Assembly: GCF_006345805.1 (NCBI RefSeq) | Contig: NC_042997.1 | Location: 195,858,001 to 195,922,000, forward strand | Reading direction: 5' to 3' | Length of the DNA: 64,000 nt | Source: Octopus sinensis | Lineage: Eukaryota | Position numbers and translations under genes: made by a program | The notes under the pieces: generated by a model | The model's input: only the letters and a program-made list of their open reading frames with translations | What the model was told of the DNA's origin: nothing | The model's database searches: none | Shown: positions 12,362 to 25,060 of the stretch, piece after piece | Numbering within the stretch: position 1 is the first letter of the stretch | Layout of the letters: each line of letters opens with the position of its first letter

Positions 12362-12580
12362 ATTTAGTAGTTTTATTTTTATAGCGTGCTTTCACTTCAC
12401 TACCGAGCGCAGCTCTGTTTGCCTTGGGTATGTGCTGTGATTTGTTGTGATGCTCTGATGGTTATTGTATGGAAAGTGTTCTGCATAGGATGTGTGCAGT
12501 GCCTAGTAGTGCAATTTTCTGTATGTTATAATTGTTTGTAAGTCCTGGTGTTTTGTTATGAATTTGTCTGAATATTTTTA
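12362..12580 (-). mobile_element. 3' end of an R4/Dong-like element (family b)
   Basis: C-terminus IQKIALLGTAHILCRTLSIQ* (end of ORF 12462-12806); (TAA)n on both sides. Confidence 0.75.
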
Positions 12581-12601
12581 TTATTATTATTATTATTATT
12601 A

Positions 12602-12632
<31 letters not shown>

Positions 12633-12634
12633 GC

Positions 12635-12670
<36 letters not shown>

Positions 12671-12709
12671 GGTGGTGGTGGTGGTGGTTGTGGTTGTTAT
12701 TATTATTTG

Positions 12710-12955
12710 TGGAGGCGCGTGGTTTAGTGGTTAGGGTGTCAGCACCATGATCGTAAGTTTGTGGTTTCGCTTCTTGGACCGGGAACGCGTTGTTCTTCTT
12801 GAGCAAAACACTTCATTTCACGTTGCTCCAGTTCATTCAGCTGGCAAAAACAGTAACGTTGCGATGGACTGGCGTCCCGTCCAGCTGGGGAACACATACG
12901 CCAATCAAAATCGGGAAACCGAGCCCATGAGCCTGGCTAGGCTTTAAAAGGGCTC
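12710..12955 (+). mobile_element. tRNA-derived SINE, near full length
   Basis: Head ggaggcgcgtggtttagtggttagggtgtcagc; tail gagcctggctaggctttaaaagggc. Confidence 0.85.
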
Positions 12956-12975
12956 ATTTATTATTATTGTTATTG

Positions 12976-13007
<32 letters not shown>

Positions 13008-13061
13008 GGTGGTGGTGTTGTTGTTGTTGCAATTGGAAAGATTATTATTTGAGGTTTAATG

Positions 13062-13462
13062 AAAAGAAGCCTCCACAAATCTCTAGAATCTTTAGGATTC
13101 TTGTCGAATACAAGAGTGCATTTTTCTGTAGGTTGACAACACGAGACAGACAAGAGGCCTCTTGGACAGCAGCTTGGATATTGTACTAATTACCTCATGA
13201 ATAATTATTGTGTTGGTCTTCCAAAATGCCTTTCATCTCTCTGGCTCGGCCCCGATACTTCTCGTTTTCTTTGTCTGTCTCGTTTTCTGATATCATATGG
13301 TACTGCAAAATCCTTATTCCTATTCTGTTTGTTTATCTTGTCGTCTATAACCATATCTGGTCTTCTTATTTCGAAGGTATAAAGGAACTCACATAAAATC
13401 CTGTAATTCTTATTTCTTATGACAGCCTCTGAACTTCGATTATCTGTTATTTTAAACAACTA
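13062..13462 (-). mobile_element. Degenerate R4/Dong-like RLE endonuclease domain and 3' end (family c)
   Basis: ORF 13205-13459 has NYRILCEF...RRPDMVIDDK....DFAVPYD, matching the PD-(D/E)xK RLE pattern; downstream LQKNALLYSTRILKIL. Confidence 0.7.
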
Positions 13463-14244
13463 TTAGAAAAACAATTCTATTTAATAATAATACTTCTCCA
13501 GTGTTTACGAGAGACTATAGAATTTATCTAAATTTTAATGAAATAATTTGTCCGCTAAGAACTAAAATATCATCATCTCATCTCTAATGGTGTACAGTCA
13601 TTTAAATTATCTTTCTCCAAAATCTTCTGTTGCTATTTCACAAAACTGTATTAACAAAATTGCATTTGTCTTAGCTGAAACTTCATACTATCTTTCTTCC
13701 CTCTTGTGTCTCACACATTTCTATCAATTGAGATAGTTGTCATACTTATATTAAATAACATCTGTTGTATAAACAAAACATAAACAAACTGCAGACAAAT
13801 TAGTTTATTAAATACGTATAGTAAATTATTTTAATCCAGTGTAAGAAAAACTATTCTAAATCGTTTAGCTTAAAATAAACGTTTATCAATTAATCAACAT
13901 GACTTTCTTTCAAATCACTCCACAATTACTTAACTAATCTCTTGTCTAGACGTTGAGACAAAAGAAAACACGATGCACAATTCTCTACATTGAGAGAGCA
14001 AAAGTATTTGGTTCTGTTTGTCACAAGAAGCTCATACAAATAATGCAATAAGATGACATTTATACATAACATTTAATATGACATTTTTCCACATAAAGAT
14101 TCTTTGCTATGAAACATATCGTCTGACATTCTTTACGTCTGACTTTAATGGCAAAAACAAGACTTCAAATTCCTTTGTGCAAAGAAATGAAAATTTGGTG
14201 TAATAGTGTTATAATGATTCCCAGACTTCTTATATTATTGACAA

Positions 14245-14638
14245 CTAGCAGTATCGCCCGGCGTTGCTCGGGTTTGTACGGAAAATAACTATAAAGCATT
14301 TTTAGAGAGTTATAGCCAAAAAATAGCCAAAAAATGCATTAAAAATGGAAACAAAAAGTGGTAAATTTTTTTTAAATCGTTGACTCATCGTAGACATTTT
14401 TAGAGAGTTGCTTCCCTTATATAATAGCGAAAAAATGCATTAAAATGAAAAAAATGATGTTAAATTATTTTTAAAATCGTAGACACATCGTAGACGCGCG
14501 CTAATACCCAGAAGGACTTGATATGAATCACGACTATAAGATACCCGGTTTTGGTTAAACTTCACCGCTAAATGTGGGAGTAGTTAGGAATCTAAATCGT
14601 AGGAGACAGACACACAACCATACTATTATATATAAAGA
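14245..14638 (-). mobile_element. Non-autonomous Helitron, copy 1
   Basis: Minus strand starts A|TC and ends CTAG|T, with subterminal hairpin cccgagcaacgccggg; similar to 25061 and 40196. Confidence 0.85.
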
Positions 14639-16510
14639 TATAATATGAAGGAAGCATTTCGTTATATCGTCTAAATAATTAATCAGGTAACTTTACTTAT
14701 TCTAGAATATCTTACGGCAGTATTACACTAACTGTCTTCCAAACGGTAGGATCTAGAAATATATAAGATATTTGAGAAGACGAGACTGCTAACATCATTG
14801 CTGTTGAAATATTTCATTTATATGCTTTTCTTTAAATAAACATAATTTAATTCTGTTAAATTTATACATATTTACTTTTTATCCAGATATATAATGCTGT
14901 CAAATTATACACGACATACATCAATTTAGTCCTCATTAACACTGATTTCTTAAGAGATTGGCTTCAAAGAACAATTCTTTTCTCATTGAAGTCAATCCGT
15001 TAATCGGTTCTGACAACTATATTGTCACAGATTGTATCATCGAAACAAATATACTTGTTCGGACGTAAACGATACCGATAATCGACCCATTTTTAGCGAA
15101 GTATCTTCTCGAATGTTATCGCCGACATTGATGCAATCATTTGTATCTGATAAAGCGTTAATACAATTTTCCCTCTTATCCTATCCTTTATTTAATTTGA
15201 TTTATCCGTATATCATCTTTATAAGTCATAGTAATTTATTTCACAGAAAAGAAATATTCTTTATAGAGTGGACGATAATACATTTCTTTTGACGATTGTG
15301 TATTACAACAGGAAATTTACAGTAAATTGAGTTCACAATTTAGCGTCGCTTCCCATCTCTAATATCTTCTTATATTTCGCAATATAAAGTCGAAAATATT
15401 TTATGATATTAATGTCCATTTCCTGTTACTAAACATTAGTAATATGGGCTTGTAAGGAGAGTCCAACATCAACAACTCTGGTATAAGTTTAGTCTTTTGT
15501 TTAAATAATGGTAATGGCAATTCCAGATATCATTTTACGGCTTAGTTGAAGCTATATCTCTGAAAGGGAAACGTATATTGATAATATTAGATTTTCATCA
15601 AGTTCAAATTTCAGGGTTACAACATAGTTGGTTGTTTTTGTTGCTGTTGTTGTTCAACCCAACATCAGTTGTGATCATACAGATTTAAAATCAAAGCGTT
15701 CCAACTATGACCAGCTCTTCGTTCTGTATATTTATAATCTCTAATGTGTCCATCTGCGTTTCTTACGCAATAAGATGCCGTTTGAGAGAATAACGGCAAT
15801 TACTTACAGATCAATCAACTGTATAGCAGTTTCCTTATTTGCTCTGGATTATATCGATATCAATGGTCAACATTTAAATCATGATTTTATGGATAAAATG
15901 CCATTTTTCTACCACAGTTTCCATAAGGGATAGATGTCGGTATATAAACGCTCTTGAATGTGTAGAAATTCCTTTGCTAATTGCTACAGCACCAACACAA
16001 TCGTCTGTATTCACGAAACACTCAACACGTAATGTTAGAATAGATTCAGTGTTCTCTGTCTAAATTCAAACTGATTTAACTTTAAAAAATCATAACTTCT
16101 CGAAGTAGCTGCTAAGAATAAACTAAGTATATTCTTCTAGGTATAAAACAATATATGAAGCGTATTTTTGTGTACGTAATTAGGCATTGATAAAATATTG
16201 AATCAATTTTAAAACATCCTTTCGTCTTGTTCAGGTTTTCCATTATTTTTTTTCGTATCAGTTTTGTGTAAATTGCCATGAAACTGATAATTGAGTGAGT
16301 ACAGGCATGCTTAATGGAGTGAGCAATAAATAAAAAAAGGAAGATAGAATTTTAAAATATCAATTAATTTATATTACCATTGTAATGAAGAGAGGAATGC
16401 ATAAGGTGAGGAACTAATGCTAATCAACTTTACTCAAGGGTGGAAAACAGCAACGCTGGAATTTAATTCGCTTAGCATATAATGATTACGCATGCAGTAA
16501 GGGGTTGCAA

Positions 16511-16850
16511 GTGAAGGCGCATGGCTCAGTGGTTAGAGCGTCGAGCTTACGATCGTCAGGTTGTGAGTTCGATTCTCTGAACCGGGCTGTGTGTAGTGTT
16601 CTTGAGCAAGACACTTTATTTCACGTTGCTCCAGTTAACTAAGCTGTAGAAATGAGTTGCGATGTCACTAGTGCCAAGCTGTATCGGCCCCTTTGCCTTT
16701 ACCTTCGATATCATCAGTGGTGCGGAGAGAGGAGGCTGTTATGCATGGGCGACTGCTAGCCTTCCACAAAAAACCTTGCCAGGACTTGTGCCTCGGAGGG
16801 TAACTTTCTAGGTGCGATCCCATGGTAATTCGTGACCGAAGAGGGTTTCC
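16511..16850 (+). mobile_element. tRNA-derived SINE
   Basis: Head gtgaaggcgcatggctcagtggttagagcg and B-box gagttcgattc; matches 9443-9762. Confidence 0.8.
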
Positions 16851-17555
16851 TCCTAAGGGGTTGGAAACATTAACTCATGATCTAGTATGAATTCGATTTC
16901 ATATATTTCTCATGCTTTTACTAAAAAAAATAGTTGTTTATTTCCGTGGACTATTTATTTAATATAGAATACTACTCTTATATCATTCTTACTTGGTTTC
17001 TATCACGTGATCTGTTAATGCGTATTTATCTACAAAAACTAACTCAAACTACCTGACTTTATAATCCTATAATTTCTTCGTCTCCATTAAATGTGATTTA
17101 GATTGGTAAATTTTAAGATATCTATAAATCACTAAAGATATTATTAAAGACGTTATTTTTTTATATATTGTTTCTTATATTCCATGCCAACTATATTTTT
17201 CGTTTGTATATTTTGAGGTTTCTAGATGTTAAGTTTAATGTATAAATAATTCATCTATATTTAGAAGGTTTTACTGTAGCTTTAAAATGCTTGTATTCAC
17301 TGAATATTTAGCTTTTGCTCTCTCGAGGAAAACGTTCTCGTTTAACCATCCATCTACGTCTGCTTTGATCGACCAGACATATAACCGAATACATTCCAAC
17401 CATGACTAACCCGATTTTTGTTGTTTGTCTTACTATTGCTGTTCCTGCGTGTTGTTTACTGCCAAGTCTGCGTTGATTAAACAGAAGACCTAAAGGTTCA
17501 CTTTCTCCTTTCAGGATTATTTCATTCTGGCAGAATCATTAGCATGCCAGGTGAG

Positions 17556-17850
17556 ATGCTTTGCGGTATTTTGTCTGCCGCTACGTTCTGAGTTCGAATT
17601 CCGCCGAGGTCGACTTTGCCTTTCATTCTTTCAGGGTCGATTAAATAAGTACCAGTTACGCACTGGGGTCGATGTAATCGACTTAATCCGTTTGTCTGTC
17701 CTTGTTTGTCCTCTCTGTGTTTAGCCCCTTGTGGGCAGTAAAGAAATAGGTACGCGCGTCTGTGGAGTACTCAGCCACTTGCACGTTAATGTTATGAGCA
17801 GGCTGTTCCGTTGATCAAACCTGGAACTCTCGTCTCTTAACCAACAGACT
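17556..17850 (+). mobile_element. Chimeric SINE: array-family body joined at aaagaaata|ggta to the tail of another SINE family
   Basis: Body matches the 8712 unit up to aaagaaata at about 17748, then ggtacgcgcgtctgtggagtactcagcc, which matches the tail at 1-127. Confidence 0.7.
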
Positions 17851-18619
17851 TACACCAACCAATGTGCCCCACCTTTTTAAAGAAAGGTATAGAAAACTGT
17901 TGACTATTGTGGGTGTTACGTTCCAAAATAACCCGCGATAAATGAAAATCCGCGAAGCAGAAACATCATCATCATCCTCCTCATCATCATCATCATTTAA
18001 CGTCCGCTTTCCTTGCTAGCATGGGTTAGAGAATTTGACTGGGGACTGGCGAACCAGATGTCTGCGCCAGGCTCCAGACTGCGCCAGGCTCCAGAACAGT
18101 ACTGTATATTTTAAAATTATTTTCATAATTTACATATACATTTATTTTATTATAAATGCAAAACAACACCACGGAGGAATCGATGTAAGCTTAAATAATA
18201 AACCGTGATAGATGAACCGCGCTATGACGAGGGACCTCTGTATTGTATAATCCGTCATACATGTAGTTGAGTTGCTATTTCTAGCAGGGGGATTGATTGT
18301 GCATCAGGTTCCACAGAAGCTCGCTTTGATTCATTGATCAGTAAATGTAACTACTCGGCCACCATTTTGTTTTTCTCTGTGTGTTCGTATTTATTCAGTT
18401 TACGTTGGTCTGTGTATCTAGAAATGGTATGGTGTCTCGTCTCATATGGTTAGATAAACACATTACACGTTCGTATGTATTTATAACTCTTGTTTTTATT
18501 TTTTTCGTGCATTTAGTTATTGATTAAGTATCGATCTAATTCAATGAGGGATCGTGTTTCTACGTTCTCTTCTTTCCAAACATAACATTTCTTTTATTTA
18601 TTATTTATTCATTTATTTA

Positions 18620-19158
18620 TTTTTGCTCCACCTTTTTCTCTTTGTCTTCCTCTTCTTCTCCTCCTCCTCATACGCCACCTCCACCTCTATTTCATGCTCT
18701 TACGCCTACGACTACACCACCACCACTACCACCACCACTACCATTATTACTACTAATACTTCTAATGCTACTTTCGCTACTACTACCGTCACCACCACCA
18801 CCACCACCACCACCACCACCAATACTACTACTAATACTACTAATGCTACTTTCGCTACTACACCCATCACCACCACCACCACTCTCACGGTCACTACTAC
18901 TACTACCACCACTACCTCAACCATCACCTATACCACCAACACCACTACAACCACCACTATCACCACCATCACGACACTACCAATGTCATCGTCACCAATA
19001 CTAGTATTAATACTACCACTACTACCACCAACACTGTTACTACTACTACTTCTACTACTACCACCACCACTACCACCACCAGCACCACTACCACCACCAC
19101 CTACACTACTACTACTACTACTACTACTATTACTACTACTACTACTACTACTACTAAA

Positions 19159-19204
<46 letters not shown>

Positions 19205-19215
19205 ATGCCACTGCT
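18620..19215. repeat. Compound (TCC)/(ACC)/(ACT)n trinucleotide tract
   Basis: Seen directly; source of poly-T/L/P ORFs 18554-19342. Confidence 0.95.
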
Positions 19216-19924
19216 GGTGTTGCATGTTTATTTCTTGAATAGATTCCCCTCCTGCAGCCCTTTAGTTTCCATGATTGATCTTTTATCTTCTACTTGTTTG
19301 TTCCAGTCATTAGGTTGCGGCCAAGCTGGGGTACTGCTCTGAAGAAATTTTAGTCGAATGAATAGAGCCCATACTATCTTTGGGACTTATTGTTTCTAAG
19401 CCTAGTACTTATTCTATCGGTCTGTTTTGACGAACCGCTACGTTTCAGGGACTTAAACAAAGATATATCGGGGATGTACACAGACACACATATGCATTTG
19501 GGATTTTTTGCGGAGGGTGAAAGTGGTAACAAGAACACGACAGTGAGAACAAGGCAGTAAAAACAAACGGTGAGGGCTGTTAGGCCAAGACGATAGAAAA
19601 ATTATTATGAACGCTAGGAAGACGAGCTTATGAGAGGAGACAGGTATAAGGAAATGGGCAGAAAGAGAGATTCCCTTTCTTCACATGTCAGCAACGAGAG
19701 AGTCAAGGAGGAAGAATGAGAGAGAAGGAACTGTGAAGAGGAGATCAGAATAGGGAAGGGTGGGAGATAAAATTAGAAAGGATGAAGAACAAGAGAGGGA
19801 GAGGGATAGACAGAGAAGAGATAATAGAGATAGAAGAGTGCGCATCGTAATTATTAAGTTAAAGCTTTCTTGGAAAAGGATGCTTGGCGTTCGATCATAT
19901 ATTAATATAAATATATGCATATAT

Positions 19925-20340
19925 AGAGGCGCAGGAGTGGTTGTGTGGTAAGTAGCTTGCTAACCAACCACATGGTTCCGGGTTCAGTCCCACTGCGTGG
20001 AATCTTGGGCAAGTGTTTTCTGCTATAGCCTCGGGCCGACCAAAGCCTTGTGAGTGGATTTGTAGACGGAAACTGAAAGAAGCCTGTCGTATATATGTAT
20101 ATGTATATATGTATGTGTGTTTATATGATTGTGTGTCTGTGTTTGTCCCTCTAGCATTGTTTGACAACCGATGCTGGTGTGTTTACGTCCCCGTCACTTA
20201 GCGGTTCGGCAAAAGAGACCGATAGAATAAGTACTGGGCTTACAAAGAATAAGTCCCGGGGTCGATTTGCTCGACTAAATGTGGTACTCCAGCATGGCCG
20301 CAGTCAAATGACTGAAACAAGTAAAAGAGAGTAAAGAGTA
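19925..20340 (+). mobile_element. SINE with internal (TA/TG)n spacer, full length
   Basis: Head ggcgcaggagtggttgtgtggtaagtagcttgc; tail gactgaaacaagtaaaagag. Same family at 36203, 40765 and 51483. Confidence 0.85.
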
Positions 20341-20715
20341 TATGTACATACCTGCATATATATGTATATATACATGCATATAGCCGTTCAAGAATTTGGA
20401 CCTGGAGATCTCCATTTCCAGCGACTTCGAGGACCACCTTCCAGTGGTGTCGGGCGTCAACGAAGAGCCCTCGACTACAACAAGGCGACCAGTATTTTTC
20501 CCAAGGTCTGGGGTCTCCCGCCCCTAAGCCCTAGCCCATCACCTAATCACCCTTACCCGTCTTGTTGCTTAAGAACAACAACTATATGTATATATGGGTA
20601 CATGACAGAAAAAACGTTGAACATAATGAGAAACGAAAAAACAAAAAACAAACGAAAACATAGAAAACGAACTTTTTTTATATGGAGAGAGAGAGTGAGA
20701 GAGAAAGAGACAAAC

Positions 20716-20808
<93 letters not shown>

Positions 20809-21095
20809 TTATATATATATATATATATATATAGCAATTAAGGACAACTACTTAATAAGGAAAACTTAACAAGAAATTGTCAGGTAGATAGCGTAAAAAC
20901 CTCATAAGAGAAAAAATTTCGAAAATAATTATTTCTTATTGAACATATTAATTTATATATAGAGGGCATTATACATACATGCCAGACGGCATTATACATA
21001 CATGCCAAACGCTAAGAGGGACAATCAGTCATTTCTACCAAAAATATTACTAATCCCACCGAATGCAATTTTCAAAGTAAGACATTTAAAAATAT

Positions 21096-21143
21096 AGACC
21101 TGTATCACAGTGATTTCATACTTACGTAATCATCAGCAGGCCT
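21096..21143 (-). ncRNA. Type I hammerhead ribozyme (second family); predicted cleavage AUA/ between 21103 and 21102
   Basis: Sense AGGCCUG-CUGAUGA-UUAC(GUAA)GUAU-GAAAUCAC(U)GUGAU-A/CAGGUCU. Stem I is 7 bp with one G-U; GNRA loop on stem II; U-U at 10.1-11.1 is non-canonical. Confidence 0.8.
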
Positions 21144-21164
21144 GAATGTATTTATAATACATTC

Positions 21165-21211
21165 AGGCCTGCTGATGATTACGTAAGTATGAATCACTGT
21201 GATACAGGTCT
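21165..21211 (+). ncRNA. Hammerhead copy in the right arm, missing one A of GAAA
   Basis: aggcctg ctgatga ttacgtaagtat gaa tcactgtgat a caggtct; one-base deletion relative to the left arm (real or consensus error). Confidence 0.6.
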
Positions 21212-21366
21212 ATATTTTTAAATGTCTTACTTTGAAAAATTGCATTCGGTGGGATTAGTAATATTTTTGGTAGAAATGACTGATTGTCTCTCTTAGCGTT
21301 TGGCATGTATGTATAATGCCGTCTGGCATGTATGTATAATGCCCTCTATATATAAATATATATATA

Positions 21367-21406
<40 letters not shown>

Positions 21407-21754
21407 GAATGTCAGAAGAGGTGGATTTTGATTGCAAATTTAAGTTGCTTGACTTCTTTCAGTACATGATCTTATCCAAATCCAAATTTGAAAAGCAGAG
21501 GGACAGAATTCTGCCCTTGTTCCAAGCTAAATTGGAATTATTTTGCCTGTCACTCGCCAGGTTCAAATATACGCTATAAGTTAAAGGTCTGGTGCTACAG
21601 TCAAATATATTCTTTTATAATAGGCCTTCAAATTATATAAAACATAATTTATTTTTACTTTTAGTTGATGCTGTTATTACATATTACTTGTCTAGAATTA
21701 TGATTTTTCAGTTACAGAAATTTTGCAAAAAAAAAAAAAAGAAAAAAAAAGAAT

Positions 21755-21778
21755 GTACTAGCTACGGCGGTACATATT

Positions 21779-21811
<33 letters not shown>

Positions 21812-21859
21812 GGCCCCTGCGCAAGGATGACACGCAAATTCGTGAAGCGTTCCATATTT
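21755..21859 (+). pseudogene. RNU6: Full-length U6 snRNA copy, probably a processed pseudogene
   Basis: From ATAT onward it matches metazoan U6 as I recall it with one mismatch; ACAGAGA box, AGC triad and ISL intact. 5' stem GTACT-A-GC(TACG)GC-GGTAC still folds. Upstream -30 region is poly(A) with no TATA box; only three terminal T. Confidence 0.9.
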
Positions 21860-21863
21860 CCAG

Positions 21864-22080
21864 ATGCGCAATGGCCTAGTGGTTAGGGCAGCGGACTCGC
21901 GGTCGCAGGATCGCGGTTTCGATTCTCAGACTGGGCGTTGTGTGTGTTTATTGAGCGAAAACACCTAAAAAGCTCTACGAGGCTCCGGCAGGGGGTGGTG
22001 ATCCCTGCTGTACTCTTTCACCACAATGGCGGTGCCCCAGCATGGCCACAGCTCAAGAGCTGAAACTGGAAAAACAAACA
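21864..22080 (+). mobile_element. tRNA-derived SINE head and partial body plus A-rich tail, fused to the U6 3' end
   Basis: gcgcaatggcctagtggttagggcagcggactcgcgg matches the head of the minus-strand copy at about 32400-32462. Confidence 0.8.
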
Positions 22081-22339
22081 AAAAAACAAAATGTCTGTCG
22101 TAAAAAGGGAAGAAAAATTATAACAAATTTGATGAAAACTAAAAACAATAATTGCTGTAAATGAACTCAAAAATAGATTTCCATATTATTGTTTGGGTGA
22201 TTAAATATTTTGGTAATTTAGAAAATTCAAATGTTTTTGATGGTAATAACTATAATGAGGATAATGAAGGTACATATTGGTGAGAAATAATGTTGGCATT
22301 GAGACAACAATAAAGAAGACAAAGACACAATAAATGATG

Positions 22340-22731
22340 CTGACGACGTCATCGATATGATGATGATGATAATGATTATAGTGATGAGAAGGGGGTGGAG
22401 GAAGAGGAGAAGGAGATGATGAGGTTGAGAGATATCGTAGTGGTGGTAGTGGTGGTGGTAGTGCTGGTGATGGTGCGGGCAATTAGGAGACTGAGAATGA
22501 CGATGATGACGACGAGGTCGCCAGTGGCTACAAGGCTGATAATAATGATCCTGGTAATGGTGGTGGTGATGATGATGATGATGATGAAGATGATGATGAT
22601 GGGGGTGGTGGTGGTGATCAGAACCACGGACATTATCATGACCTTCATTGTCGTCATAATCTTCATCCTCATATCGTCATCATTATCTCATCGCCCCATC
22701 ATCATCATTATCATCATCATCGTCGTTGTCG

Positions 22732-22768
<37 letters not shown>

Positions 22769-22812
22769 TATCATAATCATCATCAACAGTAACAACAACA
22801 ACAACAACGATA
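22340..22812. repeat. (GAT/GGT)n tract followed by a complementary (CAT/CGT)n tract
   Basis: Seen directly; strand polarity switches near 22625. Confidence 0.9.
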
Positions 22813-23489
22813 TATTGATGGAAATTGTAAGAATTGCAAAAATGGAAAGGGACCTTCAACTACAATTATTAGAGACTATGCTGACGTCATTTTCCAATAC
22901 CCATGGGTAGCGGAGCGGAACAACCTGCAATTTTTGTTTTGATATAAAATGATTTTTTTCTCTTCTATTTGACCTGTTCTGTTGACTCTCAATTCATTTC
23001 TTCTAAAATAATTTTGCTAATGACCTCAGTTCGTTAATAACCTAATTTGTTGAAACGTTCGCTAGAACATATATGCGAAACACTTCGACATAGGCTCAAC
23101 TAAAATTATGAACAAAACGAGGGAAATGAACCTTCATGCGCAGTGCATTTAATGAATATAGAAAGGAGAATGACGCTGGGGAGTATCTATCCTGAATGTG
23201 TATCATAAGCATAGGCGTGGCTGTGTAGTAGTTTGTTTAGCAACCACGTGTGAAATTTGGCAAGTATTTTCTACTAAGACTTCAAGGTGATCAATTGCTT
23301 GAGAATAGATTTGGTAGATAGATAGTTAAAGAAACCCGCCACGTGTGTGTGTGTGTGTGTGTATTTTTGCGTGGATATAGTAGAAAACACTTGCTGAAGG
23401 TGCCACGCAGTGGGACTGAAACTGGACCCATGTATTTGAGAAGTAACCTTCTTACCATACAGCTACGTCTTCGGCTCTCACTCTCTCTC

Positions 23490-23569
<80 letters not shown>

Positions 23570-23609
23570 TGTATATACTACATATGTGGGAAATTCTGCC
23601 TGTGGATGC

Positions 23610-24060
23610 GTTTGTGGAGTTGTTAGCTAACTTCTCCCAAATCATTTTATCGATTTTGATGAAACTTGACACGTGAGTAGAACGCATGTCCGGGAACCTC
23701 ATGACATACTCAGAGTTTTGAAACAATCGAATGCAGTGGTTGGGCGAGTAACGGAGAGTATCGAAGAAGCTCCGTGTACATCTACTCCAAGACGATCTCG
23801 AAAAACTTAGGATGTCTAGGGCGCATGTCCGGGAACCTCATGACATACTCAGAGTTTTGAAACAATCGAATGCAGTGGTTGGGCGAGTAACGGAGAGTAT
23901 CGAAGAAGCTCCGTGTACATCTACTCCAAGACGATCTCGAAAAACTTAGGATGTCTAGGGCGTCAATCCAGCGAATTTCTTGAAGGAGTCAACCTGTTTC
24001 CATACGAAGTGCAGTTGGTGCAACAGATGAAGCCACAAGATTATGGATAATGCGACAGAA
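23610..24060 (+). mobile_element. Degenerate Tc1/mariner-superfamily transposase 5' fragment with a perfect 139-bp tandem duplication
   Basis: Translates to VTESIEEAPCTSTPRRS...LFPYEVQLVQQMKPQDY; cgcatgtccggg at 23683 and 23822. Confidence 0.6.
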
Positions 24061-24268
24061 GCAGTGAATCATGAGACTCACTCCATGTCTTCTTTATCGC
24101 GGATTTGAAATAAGATATTAATGCGTTTAGATATTTTTACTTCACTAACAGCCAGGCTTCTTAATATTTAATTCTAGTTAAATATGTGTGTGATTGTGTG
24201 CGTGCGTGTGTGTATGTGTGTATGTGCATACATACATACATACATACATACATACATACATACATACA

Positions 24269-24379
<111 letters not shown>

Positions 24380-25060
24380 TGAAATATTCATTGTGCTGAC
24401 CATCAAAAGATTGTTATTCCTTTCTAAAACCGTTCCTATCCTTCAGCCATTTTGTAGTATTCATCCAGAATTTTAGAGATTTATGAAAGGTCATTAAAAA
24501 TCGATATCTATATATGCATAACTACATTGGTAAGTGATTATATATGAATCACTGTCTAGAATTCTCTGTTTATGCACAGTAATATTTCCATGTACATTCA
24601 GGCACACATGCGGGTATATATGTGTATGTAGCTTGTTAGATAGAAAGATGTGATGACAAAAAGATGAAACACTTTCTAATATGTCTTGCGGTTAGGAAAA
24701 TTTATCTTCTTAAAGAAATGATTTTTAGGTCAGTGGGGTTGCAACGATGTCAGAATTCGGCATAAGTTGTTTTTTTGTTTTCTTTCTTGTTCTGAAATTT
24801 GATCTATTTTTTCATTCGTCACAGAGTTTCAGATTAATCAGACTTATAGATCACCTAATTTTCCAATTTTTCTCTCACATGAAACCGGTATAGTCTGCTC
24901 ACATACGGAAAGACTATTTTCGACCCACTGAGAAATGAATCATACGCGCTTCTATTCTGGAAACAGTTGTAAGAGAATATATGTACATCCTACTCTCTTA
25001 TATCTACGATACACTCTATTATAACAACGCTGTTTTAACAGCTTTTCAATTATATTTAGA

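Larger units (their letters stand above)
20834..21357. mobile_element. Head-to-head inverted pair of a hammerhead-bearing Penelope-like fragment; palindrome 20951-21357 centred at 21154
   Basis: About 200-bp arms are reverse complements with one substitution and two single-base indels seen; 3-nt centre loop; outer ends in (TA)n. Confidence 0.8.
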
